Of a DNA stretch of 64,000 nt, positions 47,360-58,969 are shown piece by piece. The position numbers and the translations under genes were made by a program. The notes beneath the pieces are model-generated. The model was not told the origin of the DNA. It saw nothing but the letters and a program-made list of their open reading frames with translations, and searched no databases. Numbering within the stretch: position 1 is the first letter of the stretch; each line of letters opens with the position of its first letter. The stretch is taken from assembly GCA_964019335.1 (NCBI GenBank), contig OZ025665.1, positions 669,932 through 733,931 of the forward strand, read 5' to 3'. The stretch is from Diplonema japonicum. Lineage: Eukaryota; Protista; Euglenozoa: Diplonemea.

Positions 47360-48312
47360 CTACACGAGATCAAGATAATACACTGCCACACCCGCAAGAG
47401 CAAGGAGTAACAGGAAACAGGCCAAGTTCGTAAAGTAAGAAGAATTACTCGCTTCGTCGAGTGCTTTCAGTGTGGCTTTGTTAAGTTGTTTCAAGCTTGA
47501 GTGAGTTTCGTCTGCTTTCTCTTCCATCTCCTGCAGTCGCGCATTTGACTGCTCGACCTGCTCTCCGATCCCGATGGCACGCTCTTTGAGCACACCGAGG
47601 CCTTGTGAGATTCGGCCGAGGATGGCTTCCTGTTCTTTCTTGTTCGCTTCTATTTGCTTTTGGTTAGCTTCGTATTCGGGGTCGTGTTCATCAATCGGCT
47701 CTCCGCCTTCTGGTGCGTCATCTTGATCTTGCATGAGCTGCGCTTTTCTTCGTTCATTGCGTGCAGCACGGAGCACGTCGTCAGCTTCGCGTAAGCGGCC
47801 CGCCTCTTGCTTGTTCATTTGCTGTGTCAAGATAGTAATACTGTGCAAACACATACCATTCTCTCAGGTGCCCACTCAAGCTTTTCCAGTTCCGTGTACA
47901 GTGTTGTGATTAGCTCATCTTTAGCCTGGAATTCCCGTTTCCGCTGGGTGTGCTTTTCTGAATCAACCTTTTTCCCCCCTTTCCTTTCCACTTTTTCTAT
48001 TTTCTTCTGCAACGCTGACAACGACTCCTTCATGGTTTTCAATATCTCTTTCGCACGCCTCACTTCACCGTTGTACTCATGCCTCTTCCTTGCTGCCTCA
48101 CCATCAGTTTTCTTTCTCATTTTTTCGCATTCGTCCCTCAGCTTCTTAATCTCATCCAAAGCCTGCTTGAACTCTTCACACATCATACTGAAGTCTCTGG
48201 ACTTGCCTGTTGAATCAGGTGCCTGGTCTCCATTCTCAATCATCATCTTCTTTAGTCTCCTCCTGCTGGCATTCACAAATGTCAGCTGTTTTCTCACTTT
48301 TTGCGAAGGCAT
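47360..48312 (-). CDS. Qc-SNARE (SYP7/syntaxin-8-like), 2 exons
   Basis: Coiled coils, SNARE motif QEAILGRISQGLGVLKERAIGIGEQVEQSN, C-terminal TM; 35-nt GT-AG intron near 47823-47858. Confidence 0.8.
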
Positions 48313-48761
48313 TTTACTGTTGTAACTGTGGTATATTTTTCGGTTTTGCATGGGTGGTGAGAATAGGAATATATATTACAGGCCTCAAGCAGCGTTGGCA
48401 AGGTCCCTGGGACCTGGATATTAACCAGAGGTTTGCATTTTTTTTTTTTTTTAGCTTTTAGGTTTAAAAGTCAAAATAAAGTTGGAAAAAAAGAAAGAGA
48501 GAACAAACAAGAAAACCAAGGGTTGACACACTTTGGAAGTGAGGGGGGGGGGGGGGGTAGGGGAGGTCACCGCCCCTTAAAAAGCTCGAAATTCGTGTTT
48601 TTCCGGAACGCACTTTTAGGTAAATTGTACCCGAAAATTCCACCCAGATACTAAAAAAAACGACTTTCCGCCGCTATTTGGGGGTTTTGTGGACTTCTCT
48701 ATGTGACGTATTCACAATTTTTAGTGGGTGTGACAGAACCGGTACCTGCAGCAGTCCTATT

Positions 48762-49645
48762 CAGTGTTGGTCAGTCCCATCCCGTCCCCTAAAACGGAAT
48801 ACGGGCCTGGACGGGACTCACGGGACTCCACGGGACGGGACTCGACGGGACTCACGGGACTCTCCCCAACACTGTCATTATTTTTGATAGTTTTGCAACT
48901 TCTTTTTTTTTTTTTTCCCTTTGGAAAAAAAAAAAAAAATGGGGGAAACAAAAAGAGAAAAAAATCCTTGATTTTTTTTTGACATACATGATGTGTTTAC
49001 CTTTTTTTTTTTTTCCCTTCTTTTTTTCTTGTTTTCTCACATTTTTTCGCACACCTAAGCCAAGCTGTTGTTTCTGCTTTCCGCATCAAATGTTATATTT
49101 GGATGTAATAGAAAAGGGGGGAAATAATAAATAATATGTATAAGAGGAGGGTGTGTATGTTTATACAACCTGTGTAAACAGATCGGTTCCTTGCTTTCAG
49201 CACTGTGCCCCTAATGTGCAATGTACAGCTCAACCCCTGCATCACACTGCCTGTTTGTTGCACATATTTTCATGTTATCCCCCCCCCCCCCCCCCCCACC
49301 TGACAATAATATATAGGAGATAAATATATGAGTTAAAGGAGGTTGGTGTTGGCAGTGCCCTGCACAAGAACTGTCTGCTTGATTACAGGGGGCGCACCGC
49401 AGCCGAGTTGTAGCTTCTTCTGCATTCCGCATCGTTTCCTTAATCACCGCGGCCGGGATGTAGCTTCTTCTGCATTCCACATCGTGCCCTTAATCACTGC
49501 AGCCAGGTTGTAACTTCTTGCATTCCGTGTCATTTCCTTAACCACCACGGCCGGGTTGTAGCTTCTTCTGCGTTCTGCGTCGTGTCCTTAATCACCGTGG
49601 CCGAGTTGTAGCTTTTTGTGTTCCGTGTCATTTCCTTAATCACGA
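48762..49645. mobile_element. Non-autonomous TIR element copy A (one end only, interrupted by copy B)
   Basis: Starts CAGTGTTGGTC with GGGACTC subterminal repeats; near-identical to the first ~870 bp of copy B. Confidence 0.85.
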
Positions 49646-50733
49646 CAGTGTTGGTCAGTCCCGTCCCGTCCCCTAAAACGGAATACGGGCCTGGACGGGA
49701 CTCACGGGACTCACGGGACTCTCCCCAACACTGTCATTATTTTTGATAGTTTTGCAACCTTTTTTTTTCTTTTTTTTTTTTTTTTTCCCTTTGGGAAAAA
49801 AAAAAAAAAAAAAATGGGGAAAAAAAAAAGAGAAAAAAATCCTTGATTTTTTTTTTGACATACATGATGTGTTTACCTTTTTTTTTTTTTCCTTCTTTTT
49901 TTCTTGTCTTCTCACATTTTATCGCACACCTAAGCCAAGCTGTTGTTTCTGCTTTCCGCATCAAATGTTGTATTTGGATGTAATAGAAAAGGGGGGAAAT
50001 AATAAATAATATGTACAAGAGGAGGGTATGTTTATACAACCTGTGTAAACAGATCGGTTCCTTGCTTTCAGCACCATGCCCCTAATGTGCAATGTACAGC
50101 TCAACCCCTGCATTGCACTGCCTGTTTGTTGCACATATTTTCATGTTATCCCCCCCCCCCCCCCCACCTGAAAATAATAGAAAGGAGATAAATATATGAG
50201 TTAAAGGAGGCTGGTGTTGGCAGCACCCTGCACAAGAACTGTCTACTTGATTACAGGGGGTGCACCACAGCCGAGTTGTAGCTTCTTCTGCGTTCCGCAT
50301 CGTTTCCTTAATCACCACGGCCAGGATGTAGCTTCTTCTGCATTCCACATCGTGCCCTTAATCACTGCAGCCAGGTTGTAACTTCTTGCATTCCGTGTCA
50401 TTTCCTTAACCACCACGGCCAGGTTGTAGCTTCTTTTGTGTTCTGCATTGTGTCCTTAATCACCGTGGCCGAGTTGTAGCTTTTTGTGTTCCGTGTCATT
50501 TCCTTAATCACGATGGCCGGGCGGCCGGGTTGTAGCTTCTTCTGCGTTCTGTGTTGTGTCCTTAATGTGTGTGGTGTTCAGCTCAACCCCAGCCAGGGCA
50601 CCCCAGGTAACTAAGATTCTGTGCTTGTGTGGTTTGCTCAGTGATGACAGATGAGGAGGTCAACAGTGAACAACACATCTGATGTTTTTCTTATATTTTC
50701 ATGTTATCCCCACCACCTGAAAAAGAAGATAAA

Positions 50734-50767
<34 letters not shown>

Positions 50768-51285
50768 CCTTTTGTATATTGTGCACCAGGAGGTGCATTG
50801 TGACACCTGCTTTTCCCTGTGCAACATAGTGGTACATGTTATAAAACACGTGCTGTGTTGTGCACCCTGTGTTGCATACATCATGTGTGTCGAAAATTTG
50901 CAGTGTTGGGGTGGTTTGTAGCAGGTCTCCAAACCCCCTGACATTTTTTTAATTTTTTTTTTTTTTTTTACATAGTCACAACAAAGTAGTATGAGCCTTG
51001 CCTCACATCCCACCCAAACCTAGGACCTCTTTTTTTGAACCTTTGAAACCAAAAGTGCCAAAAAAATGCAAGCCCCAGCCTAAATTTGGCCTTTGTGACA
51101 CAAAAAACACAAAGAAATTTTTTGGTCCCAAGAGTCCCCTGAGTCCCCTCCAGACCCTTGAGTCCCCTGAGTCCCTTGAGTCCCTCCAGTCCCCTGAGTC
51201 CCCTCCAGACCCCTGAAAATTTCAGGGGACTCCTGTCCTGTCCCTTGGAGTCCCCTGAGTCCCTCAAGGGTCTGGACCAACACTG
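49646..51285. mobile_element. Non-autonomous hAT-like TIR element copy B (~1.64 kb)
   Basis: TIRs CAGTGTTGGTC / GACCAACACTG; (A/G)GGGACTC subterminal arrays at both ends; internal ~50-bp tandem array; flanks do not match (ATCACGA vs TCATGGA). Confidence 0.88.
50271..50565. repeat. ~50-bp tandem repeat (about 6 units) inside the TIR element; also ~49403-49645 and ~58003-58297
   Basis: Unit consensus approximately CCGGGTTGTAGCTTCTTCTGCGTTCCGCGTCGTGTCCTTAATCACCGCGG. Confidence 0.85.
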
Positions 51286-51678
51286 TCATGGACAAGACTT
51301 TGACAGCTGGCGAGTTCCCCACCTCCACCACCAGAACCAGCTCAGGGTCAGCTGTCACAAGCTCCTCAAGCTCTGAAACCACTTCTGAGCTCAAGCTCCT
51401 CCAGCTGAACGGTTCTCATCTTCGCCTCCACATGTACCACGCTGCCCTCCACGAGCCCAAGTTCCTGGATATCTTCACCCCCGTTCCTGTCCAGGACCTC
51501 TCCCTCCCAAACCAGTTTGAACTTGCCTTCGAGTAAACCAGCAGCACAACCCGCCTTCTTGTACAGGATCCCCACCGTCTCCTTCCCCAACACTTCCACA
51601 TTGTGAACCCTGCCTCCCGTCTTCACGAACACTGTCATATCATTCACCTCTTCACCTGATCCCTCTCTTTCCATTCAT
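51286..51678 (-). pseudogene. Truncated, frameshifted 5' copy of the UBL-LRR gene at 60008
   Basis: Reverse complement matches 60008-60404 with 8 substitutions and two 2-bp deletions; cut exactly at the TIR of copy B. Confidence 0.9.
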
Positions 51679-53102
51679 ATTCTCACAGCACAATATTCCA
51701 TGTCGTGTCCTTAATGTGTGCAGCTCAACAACAGAGCATCTGCAATACGTTCCTCCACTTGGGCACTACCAGTGATGGGTGAATCCTAATTAGGACTAGA
51801 CTGGACTGGACTGGATCCAGTGTGAATTTTGACCCAATTATGCCAGACTGACTGGACTGACCAGACTGACCAGACTGGACTGGACCAGACTGGACCAGAC
51901 TGGACTGGACTGAACCAGACTGGACAAGATACAACCACAACACCACATCCCCCTCTTTTTTTTTGCTGCAGAGTTCAAACGTATAAACAGATGTCTACAA
52001 GAACGGGAAGGCCCTTGAGACTCCTGTGGCCTGGTGGGATGGTATAGAATACCTTGATATCCTTGATCTGGTATGTGAATGGAGGGGAAACAAAAAAAAA
52101 AAAAAAAAAAAAAAAAACAGCCTGAGCCCCAACAAATATCTCTCCTCAAGCAAACGCACTTCTACAACGTCTACCGAATGGTGATAGTCCACCCACAGCT
52201 GCAAAGCAGTGCTTTCAGAGGCGGGAAAAGTGCTGTTTTGGCAGATTTGCAGGATAATAAACCCGAAGGGTTGAAAGGGGTATGGAAAAAAAAATCTTTT
52301 TTTTTTGAAAAGAAACTCAAAAACAGGAGATGCTCTCACTTTTGCTTGAGCTATGTGAAACGGAATGAGAAGTGTTTTTTTTTTCTCATTATTTATTGAT
52401 CACCATTCCATCCTTTGCAAAAAAAAAAAAAAAAAAAGAAGAAGAAGAAAAAAAGAAGATCATTTCCCCCCCCCCCCCCCCCCCCCTCCCAATCGCCAAC
52501 TCCGGCTTTCTTAGCCGTATTGGTAAGTGGACGCAGTGTGTTACCCCCCCATTTTTTTAAAAAATGTTTTTTTTTTCTCTCCCTTTTCATTGATGTTTCA
52601 TATCTTTTAAAGTGTTCAAAGGCTAAGACTGATATGAGGGTTTTGACTCTAGCAGTTTTAGAGGGATGAGAAAAAAAAAAAGAAAAAAACCGTTTTTTTT
52701 TTTTTTTTTTTTTTAGATTTTCCATTTTTTTTTTATCCTCTTCCCCTCTCCCCTTTCTGAATTCAGTTCTTATATTATTTCCGTTTTTTTTATTTTTAGA
52801 TTCCTCCACAAAAAAGAAAAAACGTTCTTTTTGGCAGTTCGCAATGGTTGCAGACCTTTTACCTAATAAGGAGGTTATTTTGTATCACAGCCGGCTTTTC
52901 ATTTTTGGGCCCCCACCCTTGCTCTACCTCAAGATGGCGTCTAATTTTTTGTTTAGACAACTCATGCAGGGTTCTGGTGCCTTCACCTTTCCTTCCTAGC
53001 ACAGCCAAACATCTTCTTGTTGATAACTACTATCGTCGATAGAACAAGTGTTTCTGTTCATCATAATAAAAGAATAATACCTTGTATTTATAAAAAAAAA
53101 AA

Positions 53103-53659
53103 ATGGTGAAAGCAGAGCAAGACAGAGCATTAGATGCCATGACTGGGCCTGATGAGGAGGAAAAGGAGGTATAGAAGATATTTTTAAAAAAAAAAAAAAA
53201 AACTTGTTCAGGTTAAGATTGACGCGAAAACTATTGAAAAAGCATTTTTGAGATTGAGGGAGGAGCAGGTGTGTTTGATACATTTCCTTTTCTTTTAACA
53301 GGATAAGGCGTATGCGACAAAAAGGGAGAAGGAGTGGGCACTTGCAAAGATTAAAGTTGAAAAGAGTGATGTTAAGGTCCTTGCCACCCACACAGGCATG
53401 AAAACAGATGTGGCCAAGCGATTTCTGAAAGAGGTATGCACACATTCTTCCACGTTTGAACAACAAACAGAGTGATGGTGGAGTGAAAGCATGCCTCATC
53501 AAATATATCAGCAAACCCTACCGATGCTGCAAACTGCATGAGTGCAGAATCTTGGTTTCCACATCCAGAGACCTGCTTCACCCCCCACAGACCCTCCCTA
53601 CACCTGACCAGCCTGCTGGTGCCAAAGAAGAAAGAGGGGCAGTTTCAATTGGGAATTAA
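53103..53659 (+). CDS. HYPK: HYPK-like (huntingtin-interacting protein K, UBA-like) gene or decaying copy, 4 exons
   Basis: Exons 53103-53168, 53212-53268, 53302-53433, 53471-53659 joined by phase-0 GT-AG introns give MVKAEQDRALDAMTGPDEEEKE...KREKEWALAKIKVEKSDVKVLATHTGMKTDVAKRFLKESDGGVKACLIKYIS. Confidence 0.75.
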
Positions 53660-53722
53660 AAGACTGGAACCACTAAGGATAAAAAGGACTATGTAACAAA
53701 CTAAAATTTTTTTTATTCTGCA

Positions 53723-55670
53723 ATTGTGAGTGACAAAAAACACAAGTGCAAAAACCCAAGTTGTACTGTGCACATTGTTAACACAATGGGCAATTTGCAA
53801 GATCACTGGATGCGATTCCATAGCCCTGCTGGGAAGAGAAAGCAAAGGTGAGTGCAGAAGTGTGGGAAAAGAAGATGCAGGCTAAGAAAAAGAAAATGGA
53901 CAAACCCAAGGTGTCACAGCCACAGTTGCAATTGCAGTTGCAGTCACAGTCACAATCACAGTCACAGGTTCAGAGTTCACCATCTTCAGCTAAAGCCAAG
54001 GTAAAAGAAGAAGACGAAGTGGGGGGGAAAAAAAAAAAGAAAAACAAACACTAGGTAAGCAATGTTACCTGTTCTTGACAGGGTTTGCTTTTTGATCAGT
54101 CTGCATTGCCTACCTCTCATCCTGTGTGAAAGGAATTTTTTTCATAGCCTGTTTACCCCTGGTAGCCTGTGGGGATAGACAGGAAGAAAGTGTGGAGCCA
54201 CATTCTGGAATTGGGAGAGAGTGTCTTCCATTCCATTTTAGAAGGCTTGTTGGCTGAGAATGTGTTCTTAATAGTTGATAGTGCTACCTTTAACTGTCAA
54301 ACCATTCTTGGCTTCAGCCTTTTGGATGGTGAGCACAGCTATTTTTGCAAGGTCTGTTTTTTCAAAAACCTGATACAGAGTGTTAACAATATTATTATCA
54401 GGTAAAATAAGTGCACAAACAGACAAAGTGCCAAACTAGTTTTCTTTTCCAACTGAGGGCAGTTTTCTAGGAGTGGGAAATCATCTGAAGGACAAACACA
54501 ACACAGATAATTGATCTCTTGAAGGTGAGAGTGACTGCTGCAGAGATCACAAAGCACATCATGGAGACGATCAATGAGCTTTGAACGGTTTGGGGGAGAA
54601 AGGGAAAGAAGGGGATAAAAAGGGAAGAAGTGGGAAAAAAAAAGAAAAAAAAGAGGGGAATCCTTGTTTTTTCTGTCTGTGCAGACAATGCCAGATTGAT
54701 CTTTTTTTTTTTTTAAAAAGACACCAAATCTACAACCAGGTCAATCTATTCATTTTCCAAGACTGAAAGCACTGTATTAGATTCTGCACTTGACAGTGCT
54801 GCCAAAGAGCTGCAGTTGAGTGGAGTGTTGTGTGGCCCACTCACTGCAGCTCTCACTGGGGGACGTTTTCAAAGTTCCTCACTTTGAAAAGGTGCTATGC
54901 AAGGTGAAGGTATAAAACGAAAAAAGGGAGGGGGAAAAGAAATAATATTGTTAAACTTGTTGTTTTGGTTTTTCGCAAAAAGAAAAAAAAAAAAAGAACT
55001 TGGTGAGGAAATGGATGACACGAAGTGGTACCCTTGGACTGAGAAACATCTAGGAGGTTAATGGTGTTAGATCAAACGAAATCTGCTTCATCAAGGCTTA
55101 TGCAGAGATGAGATGGAATTCAATTGTTGAAACTATGATTTCCATTTTGTCCCTGTACCAATTCCTTGGTGAAGATGACGTGGGTTTCCTGGCTGAATTG
55201 AACTTCACAATCCGTGTCTGTGCCCCTTTTGCAGCTCAAGGAGTCTGATGTTTCCACATTAGACAAGCTCATTCTTTTGTTTGAAAAGAGAGTACGAACA
55301 AATATGTTGTTCATGGGAATACAATTGTTCACATTCTTAAACCCCCAAAACATGACCAATGAACTCACAGACAGGAATGAGCTGTTTGAGTGCTTGGTCA
55401 GACACCTGAAACTGTTTGCAAATGCACGGAACTTGGAGTCATCAGAAGAACAGCTCCATGTTCAAATTAATAAATATTGTGCAATGGGTAGGAGTGAGAA
55501 TTTTAATTATTTTAGTTTTTGGAATGCTAAACTGTGCAAGATGGGCACCCTGGCAACTTTTGCCTTGGCCCTTGGCACCAGTTTAGCTTCTGAAGCCCCA
55601 ACAGAGTGCCATTTCAAAGTGGTTGCTAAAACTCTGCACAAATCAAGATGTCAACTGTATGCAGTATTTA
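53723..55670 (+). pseudogene. hAT transposase relic
   Basis: Motifs in the expected order: BED finger KCKNPSC..GNLQDHWMRFH (~53745-53821), FLIVDSAT (~54265), CADNA (54678-54692), CVAHSLQL CxxH (~54829), TKW (~55020), dimerization-like FWNAK..LATFALALGTSLASEAPTECHF (~55517-55615); stops and frameshifts lie between them. Confidence 0.85.
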
Positions 55671-56533
55671 TTCTTTTCCACCCCTTTTTATCTATTTCTC
55701 CACTTCTCTATTCTAACTTAAAATCATTTCAGCTACCCCTGTGTCACTCTTGCATGTTTCTTTTCTCTTTTGTCTGCTTCTCCTCCCTCTTTCCCCCCTT
55801 GTCTGCTCTCTTTGGCTTCCTTCTGTTAACTCTTCTCATCATTTAAAACCTACCCTCTCACCCTTTGTATTATTTGTTTACCATAGCTCACATTGGTTTC
55901 AACCAAAGCTTACTTACAGGAGGTGCCATGTGAAGGCTGTGAGTTGGGTTTTAACCTCCCTTTTTTTTGGCTCCCCCTGTTGGGATGTTCTGCTGTTCCA
56001 CCATGTTCCACCAGTTCCACCAGTTTCACCATGTTCTGCCAGTTTTGCCATGTTCCACTGGTTCCACCAGTTCTGCCAGTTCCACCAGTTACATGTTCCA
56101 CCAGTTCCACCATGTTCTGCCAGTTCTACAATGTCCATTGCACACTGCATGCATTAAGGACACAATGCAGAACTTACCTCTTTTATTATGGAAATATAAA
56201 GAAGTACATCACTTGTTCACTGTTGACCTCCATGTCAGACCTTGCACTCTATTATTTAGTTTCCACCCTTTCCATTTTCTTCCCAATCTTTTTTTCTGAG
56301 GTAGAATATCACTATTCAGGTGTTTTTGACAATTTCTTTGAGGAAAAAAATTCTTTGGGCACTTTTTTTTTGACCCATGACCATCTCACTTTCACTATTA
56401 GCCTCATTAAGGTCTAGAATAGGTATTTTTGAGGGAATTTTTTTTTTTTTGAGAAAAAATCAATTTAAGGGTGTTTTTGGCCACTTTTTTTTGGGAGGAA
56501 AAGCAATTTTTTTTGGACACTATTTTTTTTTTT

Positions 56534-57109
56534 TTTTATTTCACTCTTCGTCATTTTCTTCACTCACTAGGGGCCTCATTATTTAACACGAAATGGCCAT
56601 TATTTAACGCGAAACGGCCATTATTTAACGCGAAATCGCCATTATTTAACTAGTTAAATAATGAGATTTTGCAGTTAAATAATGGCCCTTCAGAGTGAAA
56701 AAATGGGTCTTGTCATGGAAAAAAATGCACCCAACCCCTTGAAAAATTTTTTTGGGGTGGGGGTATTTTGACTATTTTTGGCCATCTGAGGCCATTCCAG
56801 CCCTTAAAAGTGGGAATAAGTGCCTTACTTCCCCTTTAAATGCCACGGCGAAATAGCTACCCTGTATTACCTTAGGAAAATCCCCAAAAAGCTGACCTGC
56901 GTGAAAAAAAACAGCAGTGAAAGCAGTGAAGAGTGAGTGACTCAAATGACGAAGAGTGAAATAAAACGACTTACTTGCCGCCAAATGAGCCATTATTTAA
57001 CACTCGTTACCCGTTTTTTTGCACTCAGGCCCTGCGGGCCCTCGTGCAAAAAATTCGGGAACTCGAGTTAAATAATGACTCATTATTTGTTGGCAATAAA
57101 TAGTTATTC
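56534..57109. repeat. Palindromic non-coding element
   Basis: Perfect 23-bp IR 56534-56556 / 56944-56966; CATTATTTAAC motif repeated in both orientations; ~95-nt imperfect hairpin 56988-57081 with a GGCCCTGCGGGCC tip. Confidence 0.7.
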
Positions 57110-57121
57110 CAGCACCCCATG

Positions 57122-57378
57122 CAGTGTTGGTCCAGACCCTTGAGGGACTCAGGGGACTCCAAGGGACAGGACAGGAGTCCCCTGAAATTTTCAGGGGTCT
57201 GGAGGGGACTCAGGGGACTGGAGGGACCAAAAAATTTCTTTGTGTTTTTTGTGTCACAAAGGCCAAATTTAGGCTGGGGCTTGCATTTTTTGGTACTTTT
57301 GGTTTCAAAGGTTCAAAAAAAGAGGTCCTAGGTTTGGGTGGGATGTGAGGCAAGGCTCATACTACCTTGTTGTGACTA

Positions 57379-57414
<36 letters not shown>

Positions 57415-57778
57415 AAAAAATGTCAGGGGGTTTGGAGACCTGCTTTGAAAAAAATATTAAAAAGAGGCCTTTGCAAGAAAAGTACAATGCAAAAAAAAAA
57501 AAAAAAAAAAAAAAAAGGGTTGGATGGGCAATGTTGGCCAGACTGGTGGTCTGAGGTCTGGCCCACAAACCACCCCAACACTGCAAATTTTCGACACACA
57601 TGATGTATGCAACACAGGGTGCACAACACAGCACGTGTTTTATAACATGTACCACTATGCTGCACAGGGAAAAGCAGGTGTCACATGTGCACCTCCTGGT
57701 GAACAATATAGAAAAAAAAAAAAAAAAGAAAAAAAAAAAAACAATAAAATTTCAGTGTGCATGGGGGTGCTGACTGTT

Positions 57779-57835
<57 letters not shown>

Positions 57836-58969
57836 TTATCTTCTTTTTCAGGTGGTGGGGATAACATGAAAATATAAGAAAAACATCAGATGTGTTGTTT
57901 GCTGTTGACCTCCTCATCTGTCATCACTGAGCAAACAACACAAGTGCAGAATCTTGGTTACCTGGGGTGCCCTGGCTGGGGTTGAGCTGAACACCACACA
58001 CATTAAGGACACGACACAGAACGCAGAAGAAGCTACAACCCGGCCGCCCGGCCATCGTGATTAAGGAAATGACACGGAACACAAAAAGCTACAACTCGGC
58101 CACGGTGATTAAGGACACGACGCAGAATGCAGAAGAAGCTACAACCCGGCCGTGGTGGTTAAGGAAATGACACGGAATGCAAGAAGTTACAACCTGGCTG
58201 CAGTGATTAAGGGCACGATGTGGAACGCAGAAGAAGCTACATCCCGGCCACGGTGATTAAGGAAACGATGCAGAACGCAGAAGAAGCTACAACTCGGCTG
58301 TGGTGCGCCCCCCTGTAATCAAGTAGACAGTTCTTGTGCAGGGTGCTGCCAACACCAGCCTCCTTTAACTCATATATTTATCTCCTATATATTATTTTCA
58401 GGTGGGGGGGGGGGGGGGGGGACAACATGAAAATATGTGCAACAAACAGGCAGTGCGATGCAGGGGTTGAACTGTACATCGCACGCATTAGGGGCACGGT
58501 GCTGAAAGCAAGGAACCGATCTGTTTACACAGGTTGTATAAACATACACACCCTCCTCTTGTACATATTATTTATTATTTCCCCTTTTCTATTACATCCA
58601 AATACAACATTTGATGCGGAAAGCAGAAACAACAGCTTGGCTTAGGTGCGCGAAAAAATGTGAGAAGACAAGAAAAAAAGAAGGAAAAAAAAAAAAAAAA
58701 AGGTAAACACATCATGTATGTCAAAAAAAATCAAGGATTTTTTTCTCTTTTTTTTTCCCCATTTTTTTTTTTTTTTTTTTTTTTTTCCCAAAGGGAAAAA
58801 AAGAAAAAAAAAAAAAAAAAAGGTTGCAAAACTATCAAAAATAATGACAGTGTTGGGGAAAGTCCTGTGAGTCCCGTGAGTCCCGTCGGGTCCCGTCCCG
58901 TGGAGTCCCGTGAGTCCCGTCCAGGCCCGTATTCCGTTTTAGGGGACGGGACGGGACTGACCAACACTG
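57122..58969. mobile_element. Non-autonomous hAT-like TIR element copy C (~1.85 kb, inverted relative to B)
   Basis: TIRs CAGTGTTGGTC / GACCAACACTG; direct target duplication CCCCATG at 57115-57121 and 58970-58976. Confidence 0.92.

Larger units (their letters stand above)
51770..56147 (+). mobile_element. Degenerate hAT element with cargo (boundaries approximate)
   Basis: CAGTG...CACTG candidate ends; subterminal arrays GACTG/GACCA (51795-51925) and GTTCCACCA (55995-56125); internal transposase relic. No TSD found. Confidence 0.55.

Noticed and set aside
10760-48312. Stop-codon reassignment or programmed frameshifting to explain split genes
   Set aside because: Every break examined is resolved by a canonical short GT-AG intron.
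57-48325. Numerous long plus-strand ORFs (e.g. 606-1346, 6906-8105, 32850-33758)
   Set aside because: Antisense shadows of minus-strand genes with biased codon usage; no recognisable motifs.
49403-50565. ~50-bp periodic arrays as CRISPR
   Set aside because: Units are contiguous with no unique spacers, lie inside a TIR element, and there are no cas genes in this eukaryotic context.
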